Assembly: GCA_937922745.1 (NCBI GenBank)
Contig: CALAJO010000037.1
Location: 1,240 to 65,239 of the forward strand
DNA length: 64,000 nucleotides
Direction of reading: 5' to 3'
Origin: an uncultured cyanobacterium
GTDB taxonomy: Bacteria; Cyanobacteriota; Vampirovibrionia; Vampirovibrionales; JAGQHJ01
The notes under the pieces were generated by a model. It was not told the DNA's origin. It worked only from the letters and a program-made list of their open reading frames with translations, and searched no databases. The translations under genes and the position numbers were made by a program. Shown here piece by piece: positions 1 through 10,113 of this stretch; position 1 is the stretch's first letter; the number at the start of each line of letters is the position of its first letter.

Positions 1-46
1 TAACCAAGGTTTCTCAATGGGTTAATTGCAAAGTCAAACAGGATTC

Positions 47-76
47 AAAACCCCGGCTTAACGAGCTGGGGTTTTT
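47..76. terminator. GC-rich hairpin (aaaaccccggc...gctggggttttt) followed by a T-run; likely bidirectional intrinsic terminator at the 3' end of the 113..1819 gene and of an upstream + strand gene
   Basis: Inverted repeat with one mismatch and a T5 tract, read directly from the sequence. Confidence 0.5.
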
Positions 77-112
77 AGGTATAACCAACAATCTTTTCAG
101 TCGCAGAAAAAG

Positions 113-1819
113 TTAATCCAACACTTTAAACCATTGATCGGCGCTGCTGGCTTTTTGGCCATTGCGATACCAGACTGCTGCCCTTTGGCGGATTTGGTTA
201 TACTGCTGGGCGTCCTGCTCAAACACATGGTCATAATCAACATAAATACGCGTTAAATATTGATATGCAGGGTAAACGTGCCCATCACGCGTCATTAATT
301 TCAGCTCCAGGGAGGGGTGCGCCACTGTAACTCCTTTTTTGCGCAGGGATTGATACATTTCTTCCTGAACTGGGCTGGGGATATGCAGTGAAATATAACG
401 CTTCCCATCTTCATCCAACTGGATAAACGCTGCATAACGCTGCGCCAGATCGTCGTACCCAGTCTGAAACCGGCCTTGGTGGTCGCCAAAAAGATCTGTG
501 CCATCTAGCACCCCATCCCGCATTAACCCATTGCCTTCGCGGTCGGCAACCAGCCAGGCCTCTCCGGTATTCAGGCCACCAAGGGCAATTGTCCGGTTGT
601 CCTCAACAGGGGTGGAAAGATTAAGCGATGCAACATCGGAGTTAAATCCTTCCAGGGCGACTTTAAAGTGATGGTCGGAATTAAGCGCGGCATTTTGGCC
701 AAACAAACCCAATTTAACCGGAGAGAAAAATCCTGCCGATATTTGGTAGGTTTTGCCAGTGGCGCTATCCTTATAAATCCAGTTGTCCTGGTCAATGGCA
801 TTACCACCGGCCCTTAACACATCGCCGGAATAGAGCTGCATCATATAAAAGTCACTATGGTTGCCATATCGAGTTGCCAGGGTGGATTTATAAGAACTCC
901 AGGCAATGCCGTTAATTGTAAATCCCTTGAAGAAATCGATACTGTCAATTTTGGCTATCTCATTTCCTGAGCTATCAAAAAACAGCATTTCCTTTGCTTT
1001 TTGTGAAATGTTTCGATCCAGCGTCGCATTGAAACTGCTGCCCAAAAACCCTTTGAGATTATCCTGTATACGTTCCCACATACCGCCCCATTCATCAACG
1101 TGGTGGTTTAAACGGGACAAATAAGTGTCATAACCTCCGTAGTCTACGTTATTGACCGATAATAAAGAGATTCGATTTCCTCCCGTTGGAGTGGGGGCAG
1201 AAGAGGCAGGCGCAGGTGCTGACGGAGCTGAAACGCTTGGCGGTGCAGCAGAGGCCAGTTGCCAATTTTTTCCTTGATATTGCTTTGTTCGAGGCAAATA
1301 AACCCAATGCGCGCTATCGCCCCAGGTGCTGGACTGCTGGCCTTTTAAAGCCAGGCAAACCATGTCGCCGGTTTCAAAGGCATTGTTTGCAATCCCATAG
1401 GCATCTTCCTTCCAAGCGGGGGCGACATTGGTAATGACAATGCCGTCCACCAGTTGGTACGTTTTCTCACCATCGGCCTGTCCTGTCGGGCATACCCCTA
1501 TAGTGTTCGATGAAGTATTGATAGGCTTGGCCTGGTTTGAGAATTTTTCCAAAACCTGTGATGGCCCGTAAGACATAGGGAGCAAGCCAATTTCGGTATC
1601 CGCATGGCGCATGGCGCTTACCACTTGCTCTGCCGCATACTGATGCTTTGCGAGCGTTTCCTGCTTTCCCCTGGTATGGAAAAGTAAAGGAATGGCAAAT
1701 AACGCCACAACGCCGGCTATCGATATTGCAATAACAAGCTCTTGCAAACTAAATGCATTTTTTGGGCCATTGTTCAAGCGCACATCGGAATTCCTCACCT
1801 TGGATAACAGTATCGGCAT
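113..1819 (-). CDS. Large (568 aa) protein with prepilin-type N-terminal cleavage/methylation-like segment (..NAFSLQELVIAISIAGVVALFAIPLL..); putative pilus-associated (minor pilin/tip adhesin-like) protein
   Basis: N-terminal F-S-L-x-E plus hydrophobic helix typical of class III (type IV pilin) signal; remainder Gly/Ser-rich with no recognisable catalytic motif; long uninterrupted ORF. Confidence 0.5.
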   Translation of the reverse strand: MPILLSKVRNSDVRLNNGPKNAFSLQELVIAISIAGVVALFAIPLLFHTRGKQETLAKHQYAAEQVVSAMRHADTEIGLLPMSYGPSQVLEKFSNQAKPINTSSNTIGVCPTGQADGEKTYQLVDGIVITNVAPAWKEDAYGIANNAFETGDMVCLALKGQQSSTWGDSAHWVYLPRTKQYQGKNWQLASAAPPSVSAPSAPAPASSAPTPTGGNRISLLSVNNVDYGGYDTYLSRLNHHVDEWGGMWERIQDNLKGFLGSSFNATLDRNISQKAKEMLFFDSSGNEIAKIDSIDFFKGFTINGIAWSSYKSTLATRYGNHSDFYMMQLYSGDVLRAGGNAIDQDNWIYKDSATGKTYQISAGFFSPVKLGLFGQNAALNSDHHFKVALEGFNSDVASLNLSTPVEDNRTIALGGLNTGEAWLVADREGNGLMRDGVLDGTDLFGDHQGRFQTGYDDLAQRYAAFIQLDEDGKRYISLHIPSPVQEEMYQSLRKKGVTVAHPSLELKLMTRDGHVYPAYQYLTRIYVDYDHVFEQDAQQYNQIRQRAAVWYRNGQKASSADQWFKVLD

Positions 1820-1865
1820 AAAATGCCAGGAACTTGATATCCGTCTTAAGATCCAAAGGAGACAG

Positions 1866-2690
1866 CTACTCCGGGCGAATCCTGGCCTCGTCCGTGTCCA
1901 CCAGCGCTTTCTGTTTCAGGTCTAATTTTTTTGTAGGCTCCAGCAACTTGCTTAAAATCGCTTCCTGGCCTGCATGCAGTTGAAGGATTTTAACCCCTAC
2001 GCGATGCTGGTTGCAATGCCAATCGTAATGGATATGGTTGACCTGAACCGGGAGCGTGAACGCCTGCCCTTTATAATTTAGGTTCAGATGATATTCACTT
2101 CCCAAGACCACACCGACAAAGAGGCCGGTGGCCTTGAATTCCAGCGTTAATCCTTTGTGAGAGCCTTCGACAACCTTGAACGGCACATCCCCGATTTCCT
2201 GAACGGTGACGTCAAAATCCGTTTCAATGCGTTCGACGCGGCGGCGATTGGTGCCTGCTTCGCGATAGATGGGGGAGCAAACCTGCACCGGCAGATGGTC
2301 ACTGATTTCAACCCCTTGGGCAATGACGTAATAAAGCTCGAATTCCCCTGAAGCAGAGACTTTGACCCTGCCGCCATCCGGCTGGAGGTATAAACGCGTG
2401 CCAACCGGAATAATTGTATCTCCCGGCACCCGAATGCCCACTTGGGCCTTAAACCCATCCGCGGTTGCCTCAATTACATCCAGGTAACACACCACAAACA
2501 GGTTTTTGTTAGCCAGGTATTTTGCGCGAAGGGATTGTTCCAATAAATCGATCATGCCCAAATCGTACCAACTTTTTGCAGGCAAAAACAGCATTGACAG
2601 CAATTGAAAATCAGCCCAAACCACAATACCTTGAAGGTGATTGTTTAGCAAAAAGCATGGCAATATACTGAAACAACCGAACTTTTCCAC
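1866..2690 (-). CDS. Hypothetical protein with PilZ-like c-di-GMP-binding motif pair (RRRVER ... EGSHKGL), YcgR/PilZ-like
   Basis: RxxxR followed about 20 aa later by an xGSxxG block resembling PilZ D/NxSxGG; adjacent to the prepilin-like gene; motif match only. Confidence 0.35.
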   Translation of the reverse strand: MEKFGCFSILPCFLLNNHLQGIVVWADFQLLSMLFLPAKSWYDLGMIDLLEQSLRAKYLANKNLFVVCYLDVIEATADGFKAQVGIRVPGDTIIPVGTRLYLQPDGGRVKVSASGEFELYYVIAQGVEISDHLPVQVCSPIYREAGTNRRRVERIETDFDVTVQEIGDVPFKVVEGSHKGLTLEFKATGLFVGVVLGSEYHLNLNYKGQAFTLPVQVNHIHYDWHCNQHRVGVKILQLHAGQEAILSKLLEPTKKLDLKQKALVDTDEARIRPE

Positions 2691-2795
2691 AGAACCACCG
2701 TCATGGATGTTATAAATTTTTAAAAACAGGTGTAATTTGGTCTAAAATACGGTTACTATTTAGAAAAGCCACCAATCGGGGGTCACCATATCGAT

Positions 2796-3788
2796 ATGAA
2801 GCATTATGTTAAGCAGGTTCGCCTATTCACCCTGTCACTCGGGGTGGTGTTTGCGCTCTCCGCGCATGCGCTTGCGGCCGATCTATCCGGCGACTTGAAC
2901 CGCATGGAACAGCAGCTGTTTACCCGCACTTATCCTGCCGATTCGGTTGACGCCCGGCTGGGGCGGATTGAATCGACCGTGTTTGGCGCTTCTAAAAACG
3001 ATCAACCCCAGGCACAGCGGCTTCAGGATTTGGGCCAATTCTTTCAGTTCCCGCAACAGGCACCGGCCACTGCCCAGCGCCCAGCGCCATCCGCCCCACC
3101 TTCCTACCAGCAAACACCTGCACCGGATGTGGTCACCTATCAACCCAATCAGCCCGTTGCGCCTAACACAACGTCTGTCAGTGGCTCGGAGTCGGAATAC
3201 CCCTCCGTGTTGGCGATGGAGCAACGGCTTTTTAGCAAAACCTACCCCACAGAACCGATTGAGAGCCGCCTGGCCCGAATTGAAAATAGGGTTCTCGGCA
3301 GCACACAAGCCGGATCCCTTCAGGAAAGAACCGATCAGCTCCGGTTGATGGTACTGGGCGATACCGGTTCCGGCGGATCAGAAGCTATGGCGAATGACAA
3401 CAGTTATAGCTCCGCTTCAGCCCCATCCGGTTCTGTCTCGGCAGCGGCTTCTGCGGATATGATCCAGGCCTTGCCCAAAGTAGAGAAACGCATCCTGGGG
3501 CGCAATTATACCGGCGATACCGTTGAGAACCGTTTAAGCCGCATTGAAACCAAGCTTTTCAACAGCACGGCGCCGGAGATGTCTCCGGACGATAGGTTTT
3601 ACCGCATTGTCAGCGTCGCGAACGCCCAGCGTTCCGGCCAAATGGAGCAGGCTTACCGTCGCGCCCCGATTGGCGTAGGAGTAGGGCCTTACGGGCGGTA
3701 TGGTTATGGAACAGGCTATCGGATGAACTCCGGCTTTGGCGTCGGCGGTTGGGGCACCTTGCTTCAAATCCTGCTAAACTTCATCTAA
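2796..3788 (+). CDS. Secreted protein with signal peptide, three 31-aa repeats (MEQ-LF--TYP----RL-RIE---G), Pro/Gln-rich linker and Gly/Tyr-rich C-terminus
   Basis: N-terminal hydrophobic signal ending AHALA-AD; internal repeats visible in the translation; no known family recognised. Confidence 0.6.
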   Translation: MKHYVKQVRLFTLSLGVVFALSAHALAADLSGDLNRMEQQLFTRTYPADSVDARLGRIESTVFGASKNDQPQAQRLQDLGQFFQFPQQAPATAQRPAPSAPPSYQQTPAPDVVTYQPNQPVAPNTTSVSGSESEYPSVLAMEQRLFSKTYPTEPIESRLARIENRVLGSTQAGSLQERTDQLRLMVLGDTGSGGSEAMANDNSYSSASAPSGSVSAAASADMIQALPKVEKRILGRNYTGDTVENRLSRIETKLFNSTAPEMSPDDRFYRIVSVANAQRSGQMEQAYRRAPIGVGVGPYGRYGYGTGYRMNSGFGVGGWGTLLQILLNFI

Positions 3789-4881
3789 ACGCCAAGCCGA
3801 CCGCATCCCGGATATGCGGAAGCTGATGCGTATCCAGCTTCTCGAGAATACCTTGGTTGATGCGGTTGAGAAGCCCTGGCCCTTCGTAAATCAGCCCGGT
3901 ATACACCTGTATCAGGTTTGCCCCGTGGCTAATCTTCTCCCAGGCGGAATCGGCATCGTTGATGCCGCCAACCCCGATTAAGACCGTGTCCGGCTGATGC
4001 CGTGTCAGATAATACAACTCTCCCAACAGGCGCGTGGACTTGTGTCGAAGCGGTTGGCCGCTCAGCCCGCCACGCCCGATAGCCTCAATCACCTTTTCAT
4101 GTGTTCTTAACCCTTCACGCCCCGACGTGGTGTTGGAGACAACCCATCCCGCAACTTCAAACCGGCAACCAATCTCAACGATCTCCTGAAGCTGGCTCCC
4201 CGTTAAATCCGGCGACAGCTTGAGCAATAATGGCCGAGCCTTCTTGGTTGCTTCTGCCAAACCCACTTGCCGAATGGCAGATAACAGCGTTTCCAAGGTT
4301 TCCGGATCCTCAAAGGTCTTGCCCTCTTCCGTATTCGGGCAACTGATGTTAAGGCAGACGTAGGCCCCATAGCCCGCTACAGCCTGGTAGGCCGCGATAA
4401 ATTCATCCAGGCCGGCTTGTCCCATCAATTGCGCATCCGGCGTTTTAACCAGGCTGATCCCGACCGGCCAATCGGCAGGCAGGCTTGCAATGCGCGGCTG
4501 AAGGGCCTGTACGCCAAGGTTATTCAAACCCATCCGGTTAATGATAGCTTGATCCTGGGGAAGGCGGAACAGACGTGGCTTGGCATTCCCTGGCCATGGC
4601 AACGCCGAAATGGAACCGGCTTCCATAAACCCGAAACCCAGCTTGCGTAACGCGCCTGTGATCCTCAAATTCTTGTCGAACCCAGCCGCGATGCCAACGG
4701 GATTCTGGAATGCGTATCCCCAAAACGATTGCTGGAGCCGCGGATCCTGCGTTTGTGGGTAGAAGCCGGCAACCCATCCGGCCATAAATTGGCTTCGTTC
4801 GGTCAAATCGAACACAACGTGATGCGCCACTTCCGGATCAAGTTGAAAAAGGAGCGGCTTTATCAGGCTTTTGTATATCAA
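3781..4881 (-). CDS. pyrD: Dihydroorotate dehydrogenase (quinone), class 2
   Basis: Motifs GFDKN, GFGFMEAGSI, NRMGLNNLG, SNTTSGREG typical of PyrD class 2; 366 aa. Confidence 0.9.
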   Translation of the reverse strand: MIYKSLIKPLLFQLDPEVAHHVVFDLTERSQFMAGWVAGFYPQTQDPRLQQSFWGYAFQNPVGIAAGFDKNLRITGALRKLGFGFMEAGSISALPWPGNAKPRLFRLPQDQAIINRMGLNNLGVQALQPRIASLPADWPVGISLVKTPDAQLMGQAGLDEFIAAYQAVAGYGAYVCLNISCPNTEEGKTFEDPETLETLLSAIRQVGLAEATKKARPLLLKLSPDLTGSQLQEIVEIGCRFEVAGWVVSNTTSGREGLRTHEKVIEAIGRGGLSGQPLRHKSTRLLGELYYLTRHQPDTVLIGVGGINDADSAWEKISHGANLIQVYTGLIYEGPGLLNRINQGILEKLDTHQLPHIRDAVGLAFR

Positions 4882-5206
4882 GCGTTAATATACTCCATTA
4901 GATACCCTAAATTCATATCATCTCCTCCAATCCACGGATGCTGACGCATATCGCTCCCTCTATCATAAAGTCATTGCCTCGCGAACACCAGCCAACTGCA
5001 CAGGTGAACTCGCCGTGAGCCTCAGGGATGCATCGAAGGAACGCCAGGAGCGGCGGCAACCCAAAAAAGAAACCGGACGAGCAAGCTCAAGTCCGGCCAA
5101 TCGAAGGGGTATAATTTCAGTTTTAATTATACGATTTTTACCAACGAAGGGAAGACCTTGCTTCCCTGCAAGCCTAAAATTCGATCTAATGGTCAAGTCC
5201 GAAGGA

Positions 5207-6466
5207 TTAATAGCCCACTTTCTGGTCGGCAACCAGCGGGATGGATTGCCCGTCCTCATCCTTGAAGAAGACCTTGTGGATTTCCTGTACGGCTTGCTTG
5301 GCTTGTTCCTTCTGGATGAGGCAACTGATTTTAATCTCACTGGTCGCAATCATCTTGATGTTGATTTTCGCCTTGGATAAAGCCTCGAACATATCGGCGG
5401 CAATCCCGGGCCGGTCAATCATCCCGATACCCACGATGCTGACCTTGGCCACATCGGTATCATACACAACGGATTCGGCATTGACTTCCGTCTTCACCTT
5501 CTCCAGGGTTTCAAGGGCGTCCTGCAGATCGTTGAGGCTCACAGTGAAGGCAATGTCATTGATTTCCTGCTTGTTGAGCGATTGAATAATCATATCCACG
5601 CTGATATTGCGGCTCGCCAGGCTCCCGAAAATCTTGGCCGCAACGCCCGGCTGATCCGGTACGCCGGTAATGGCCACACGGGCCTGGTTCTCATCCGAAG
5701 CAATTCCGGAAACCGGGCGCGTACCGGACTCGATGGAGCCGACCACGACTGTCCCCATATCATCGGTGTAAAAGGTGCTTCTCACACGGATCTGAACATT
5801 GGCATGCCGGGCCGTTTCCACCGCACGAGGGTGTAACACCTGCGCACCCACGCGTGCCAGCTCCAGCATCTCGATATAGGTAATTTCGTCCAGCTTGACC
5901 GCTTGCGGCACCACACGCGGATCGGACGAGTAGACGCCGTTGACGTCGGTAAAGATATCGCAGCGCTCCGCGCCTAACGCACCCGCCAACGCCACGGCGG
6001 AGGTATCCGAACCGCCCCGGCCCAACGTGGTAAAGTCGCCCTTGCTATTTATGCCCTGGAAGCCGGTCACAATCACAATTTCTCCATTGTTCAGGTGATA
6101 TTGCACGCGCCCGGTATCAATCTCCAGGATGCGGGCCCGGTTATGCAGGTCTTCCGTCAAAAAGCCCGCTTGCTGCCCGTTAAGGCTAACCGCCTTATAG
6201 CCCATACTGCTCAGGGTCATCGCCATTAACGAGGCCGAAACCATTTCGCCGGTAATTAGCAGCGCATCAAACTCACGTCCTGCCGGTGTCTCAACAAGCT
6301 CACCCGCCAGGCTCACCAGCTCATCCGTGGTATGGCCCATGGCCGACACGATGACCGCCACTTGATGCCCTTGATCATGGGTATCGGCAATAATTCTTGC
6401 GACCCGGCGGATTCTTTCCACGTCTCCAACGGAGGTTCCACCGAACTTTTGGACTACAATGCTCAT
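5207..6466 (-). CDS. lysC: Aspartate kinase with C-terminal ACT domains
   Basis: MSIVVQKFGGTSVG kinase start, AVIVSAMG motif, tandem ACT-like regulatory region; 419 aa. Confidence 0.92.
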   Translation of the reverse strand: MSIVVQKFGGTSVGDVERIRRVARIIADTHDQGHQVAVIVSAMGHTTDELVSLAGELVETPAGREFDALLITGEMVSASLMAMTLSSMGYKAVSLNGQQAGFLTEDLHNRARILEIDTGRVQYHLNNGEIVIVTGFQGINSKGDFTTLGRGGSDTSAVALAGALGAERCDIFTDVNGVYSSDPRVVPQAVKLDEITYIEMLELARVGAQVLHPRAVETARHANVQIRVRSTFYTDDMGTVVVGSIESGTRPVSGIASDENQARVAITGVPDQPGVAAKIFGSLASRNISVDMIIQSLNKQEINDIAFTVSLNDLQDALETLEKVKTEVNAESVVYDTDVAKVSIVGIGMIDRPGIAADMFEALSKAKINIKMIATSEIKISCLIQKEQAKQAVQEIHKVFFKDEDGQSIPLVADQKVGY

Positions 6467-6615
6467 GCGCTCACGATTCCTCTGCGTATTTATCTTTAAG
6501 AAGGGGGCTGTCGTAAAATGAATGAAAACAAAAGCTCCAGCCGAATTGCGTTTCCTAACATTCTATCCAAAAATGGGTAAAACGGGTATGTAATCAAACC
6601 GAGGTATTTGCAGCG

Positions 6616-7062
6616 ATGAGCATTAAAGTCGTCAAGTCGTTTCAGCCCAAAGCGGTCTACATGGGCACCATCGAGTATGGCAAGGACATCCTGGACACGC
6701 TGGAAACCTTTTGCCTGGAGAATGAAATCACCACGGCATGGGTCAACCTGCTGGGCGCCCTGTCGGACGTGACGCTGGCCTATTACGAGCAGGATAACCA
6801 CCAGTATGTGACAAAGCGCTTTACCGGCGAATACGAGATTCTCAACGGAACCGGCAATATCTCCATGAAAGAGAACACGGCCGTGGGCCATATCCATGTC
6901 ACTCTCTCTAATACCGAATTTGGTTGCGTTGGCGGCCATCTCATTAAGGGCAGCGCCAAGGTCTTCGCCTGCGAGTTTATGCTAACGGTCTTGTCCGGCG
7001 CAGAGCCCCTGTTCCGCGGAAATAAAGATGAGCAAACCGGCCTGCCTCTTTGGATTTACTAA
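6616..7062 (+). CDS. PPC/DUF296-domain protein (predicted DNA-binding protein with PD1-like motif)
   Basis: 148 aa; conserved GTGNIS...VGHIHVTLS...GGHL pattern of the PPC (DUF296) fold. Confidence 0.6.
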   Translation: MSIKVVKSFQPKAVYMGTIEYGKDILDTLETFCLENEITTAWVNLLGALSDVTLAYYEQDNHQYVTKRFTGEYEILNGTGNISMKENTAVGHIHVTLSNTEFGCVGGHLIKGSAKVFACEFMLTVLSGAEPLFRGNKDEQTGLPLWIY

Positions 7063-7086
7063 ACCTCTTAATATCAGAACGAGGAT

Positions 7087-7458
7087 TTAGGTATTTTTCG
7101 TATCAATATCGTCAATTGTATTGGCCATATCGGGGCTATACAACACTTCGATAAAGCGTGCGAGTGGAGATTCCTTGACTATTTGACTTAAGGCCTTTAA
7201 AACATTCCAATCTTCCCTTGCTGAAGTCCCCGTAAGGTTAACCGAATATCCTTTAAAATCTCCATTCCAATAGCCAGGCACTAAACCTTTTGAAACTTTG
7301 GAGTTAATAGATACTTTATCTTCTCCTAAACCTGAGATAACAGGATCGGTGTATTGGGCTTTCGTTAACGTCCTTTCAAATGCAGCCTCTTCCTCAGGAC
7401 AGTCTGAGTTGAAAGTAAGATAGATTTTTCCTGCTCCAAAACGAGTTCCATCAATCAT
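7087..7458 (-). CDS. Hypothetical protein (123 aa) in a lower-GC pocket
   Basis: Clean ORF with coding-like composition; no recognisable motif. Confidence 0.4.
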   Translation of the reverse strand: MIDGTRFGAGKIYLTFNSDCPEEEAAFERTLTKAQYTDPVISGLGEDKVSINSKVSKGLVPGYWNGDFKGYSVNLTGTSAREDWNVLKALSQIVKESPLARFIEVLYSPDMANTIDDIDTKNT

Positions 7459-7582
7459 TACGAAAACCCTTATTCAATATTAACCCTTCAATAAATACAA
7501 AGCTTAAGTCGCGATTGCTTCTAACAAGCTATTAAATGCGAATATGTAACAATGGTTAATATTTATCCAGTGCAACAGAAAC

Positions 7583-7613
7583 AAAAAAACCCTTCTTTAC
7601 GAAGGGTTTTTTT
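7583..7613. terminator. Bidirectional intrinsic terminator (aaaaaaaccc ttctttacgaa gggttttttt) immediately 3' of sdhB
   Basis: Perfect stem flanked by an A-run and a T-run, 4 nt after the sdhB stop. Confidence 0.8.
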
Positions 7614-7616
7614 AAT

Positions 7617-8375
7617 CTATTTTTTGCCGGTCATCTTGCGCCAGATCATCAGGACAGGGTCGTAGAATTCGTCAACGACCCGTTCTTTCATTGGGATGAT
7701 GGCGTTGTCCGTAATATGGATGTCTTCCGGGCAGACTTCGGTACAGCATTTGGTGATGTTACAGTACCCAATCCCCGCCTCGTTTTTGGTGAACGGCACA
7801 CGGTTGGCGCCATCCATCGGGTGCATCTCCAGGCTGGCAATCCGAACCATAAAGCGCGGACCGGCAAACAGGTGTTTCGGATCATCCAGATCCTTCTTGT
7901 CGTGGTTGCGAAGCACGTGGCAGACATTCTGACACAGGAAACACTCGATACACTTGCGGAATTCCTGAACCCGATCCACGTCGTCCTGGTAAATCTTCCA
8001 TTCATCCGTGTTGGTATTGGTGGGCGTAAACGGCACAATCCGCTTGTTAATCTCGTAGTTCCAAGACACGTCGGTCACGAGATCCTTAACCACCGGGAAG
8101 GTTTTAATCGGACGAACCTCAATCGGTTCGCTCAAATCAAAGTCATCCAGGCGGGTTTTGCACATCAGGCTGGGCTTGCCGTTGACTTCGCCACTACAGG
8201 AACCGCATTTTGCGGCCTTACAGTTCCAACGAACAGCCAAGTCCGGCGCGTAAGCCCCTTGGATATAGTGGATGGCATCCAGGATAACCATCCCGGCTTC
8301 CACGGGAACTTTGTACTCGACGTATTGTCCACCGCCGCTATCGCCGCGATATACTTTTAAACGAGCCTCAGCCAT
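7617..8375 (-). CDS. sdhB: Succinate dehydrogenase/fumarate reductase iron-sulfur subunit
   Basis: 2Fe-2S (CKAAKCGSCSGEVNG), 4Fe-4S (CIECFLCQNVC) and 3Fe-4S (CTEVCP) cysteine clusters. Confidence 0.93.
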   Translation of the reverse strand: MAEARLKVYRGDSGGGQYVEYKVPVEAGMVILDAIHYIQGAYAPDLAVRWNCKAAKCGSCSGEVNGKPSLMCKTRLDDFDLSEPIEVRPIKTFPVVKDLVTDVSWNYEINKRIVPFTPTNTNTDEWKIYQDDVDRVQEFRKCIECFLCQNVCHVLRNHDKKDLDDPKHLFAGPRFMVRIASLEMHPMDGANRVPFTKNEAGIGYCNITKCCTEVCPEDIHITDNAIIPMKERVVDEFYDPVLMIWRKMTGKK

Positions 8376-10111
8376 TAGCGCTTCTCCTCTTCAAAAAGCT
8401 TTTTCAGTTCTTCCGGCATCACCGGCAACGGCGCGGTTGTTACCTCCATGCTGCCATCGGCATTCTTGCGAACGATGGAATTCACCGTAGACCAATACGG
8501 GTCGTACTCCGCATAATCCAGGCGTGTATGGCCGCCTCGGCTCTCTGTACGCTGAAGGGCGCAACGGGCAACCGCTTCGGAAATTGTCGCCATCGTCTTC
8601 AAGTCTTTCGCCAGGTGCCAGCCCGGGTTGTATGTAACCGAACCACTGATGCTGGTGGTTTTTGCGCGCTCCTGGATGCGCTTCAGTTGTTCGATCGCCT
8701 TGCGCAGGTCGGCGTCAATCCGCACAATGCCCACGTTGGCTTGCATCATCATCTGAAGCTCCTGATGGATGGTGTACGGGTTCTCGCCCTTACGCTCGAA
8801 AGGTTCCACCATTTCGGCAATCGCGCGCTGAACCGCGGCTTCATCCACCGCGGGAATGCTTGCAACCCCTTTGGCATAGGTCGCAGCGCCCATCCCGGCA
8901 CGGCGGCCAAACACCAACAAGTCGGAGAGGGAGTTGCCGCCTAAACGGTTCGCGCCGTGCATCCCGCCCGCCACTTCGCCTGCGGCGAATAAGCCGGGAA
9001 CGGTGCTTTGGGCTGTCTCCGGATCCACCTTGACGCCGCCCATGACGTAGTGCGTCGTCGGGCCCACTTCCATCGGGCCGGTGGTAATATCGACATCCGC
9101 CAGCTCCTTGAACTGGTGGTACATACTGGGCAGACGGCGCTTCACGTAATCCGCCCCGCGGTGGGAAACATCCAGGAAGACGCCGCCATGCGGGCTGCCC
9201 CGGCCTTCCTTCACCTCGGTATAGATGGACTTGGCAACGATATCCCGCGTGGAGAGTTCCATCCGGGCCGGGTCGTATTTTTCCATAAACCGTTCGCCCT
9301 TGGAGTTGGTGAGGATTCCGCCTTCGCCGCGTACGGCTTCCGTTACCAGCAAACCGGCAACGCCTGGCGGCCAAACCATCCCGGTGGGGTGAAACTGGAC
9401 GAATTCCATATCAATCAGGTCTGCGCCCACATCATAGGCCAATACGTGGCCGTCGCCCGTGTATTCCCAGGAGTTGGACGTAACCTTAAAGGCTTTTCCA
9501 ATCCCGCCGGTCGCCAGCACAACCGCCTTGGCCTTGAAGAGAACGAACTTGCCGGTTTCACGCCAGTAACCGAATGCGGCAGTCACTTCATCCCCGTTTT
9601 TAATCAAGTGGGAAATGGTGCATTCCATAAACACATCGATGTTTGGCGTATGCACGGCCTTGTCTTGCAGGGTGCGAATGATCTCCAGGCCGGTGCGGTC
9701 GCCCACGTGGCACAAACGACGGTAGGTATGCCCCCCGAACGGACGTTGCAAGATTTTGCCGTCCGGGGTTCTATCGAATACCGCGCCCCACAGTTCCAGC
9801 TCGCGGATGCGATCCGGGGCTTCCTGCGCGTGGATTTGGGCCATGCGCCAGTTGTTGAGGAACTTGCCGCCTTTCATGGTGTCCATAAAGTGGACTTGCC
9901 AGTTGTCAGCCGGATCCACGTTGCCCATGGCCGCGGCGATACCGCCTTCGGCCATAACGGTGTGGGCTTTGCCCAACAGAGACTTACAAACGAGGGCAAC
10001 ACGCAAACCTTGCTCGGCGGCTTCAATCGCGGCCCGAATCCCGGCTCCGCCTGCGCCCACCACGATCACGTCATGCTCGTGGGTTTCATATCGGGTATCA
10101 ATCATCGCCAT
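8375..10111 (-). CDS. sdhA: Succinate dehydrogenase flavoprotein subunit
   Basis: FAD-binding VIVVGAGGAG, HTVMAEGG, RLGGNSL motifs; 578 aa. Confidence 0.95.
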   Translation of the reverse strand: MAMIDTRYETHEHDVIVVGAGGAGIRAAIEAAEQGLRVALVCKSLLGKAHTVMAEGGIAAAMGNVDPADNWQVHFMDTMKGGKFLNNWRMAQIHAQEAPDRIRELELWGAVFDRTPDGKILQRPFGGHTYRRLCHVGDRTGLEIIRTLQDKAVHTPNIDVFMECTISHLIKNGDEVTAAFGYWRETGKFVLFKAKAVVLATGGIGKAFKVTSNSWEYTGDGHVLAYDVGADLIDMEFVQFHPTGMVWPPGVAGLLVTEAVRGEGGILTNSKGERFMEKYDPARMELSTRDIVAKSIYTEVKEGRGSPHGGVFLDVSHRGADYVKRRLPSMYHQFKELADVDITTGPMEVGPTTHYVMGGVKVDPETAQSTVPGLFAAGEVAGGMHGANRLGGNSLSDLLVFGRRAGMGAATYAKGVASIPAVDEAAVQRAIAEMVEPFERKGENPYTIHQELQMMMQANVGIVRIDADLRKAIEQLKRIQERAKTTSISGSVTYNPGWHLAKDLKTMATISEAVARCALQRTESRGGHTRLDYAEYDPYWSTVNSIVRKNADGSMEVTTAPLPVMPEELKKLFEEEKR

Positions 10112-10113
10112 AT

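Noticed and set aside
6467-6615. Lysine riboswitch (L-box) upstream of lysC
   Set aside because: Only about 149 nt between divergent starts, and I could not match the conserved L-box core; cannot support without a covariance-model scan
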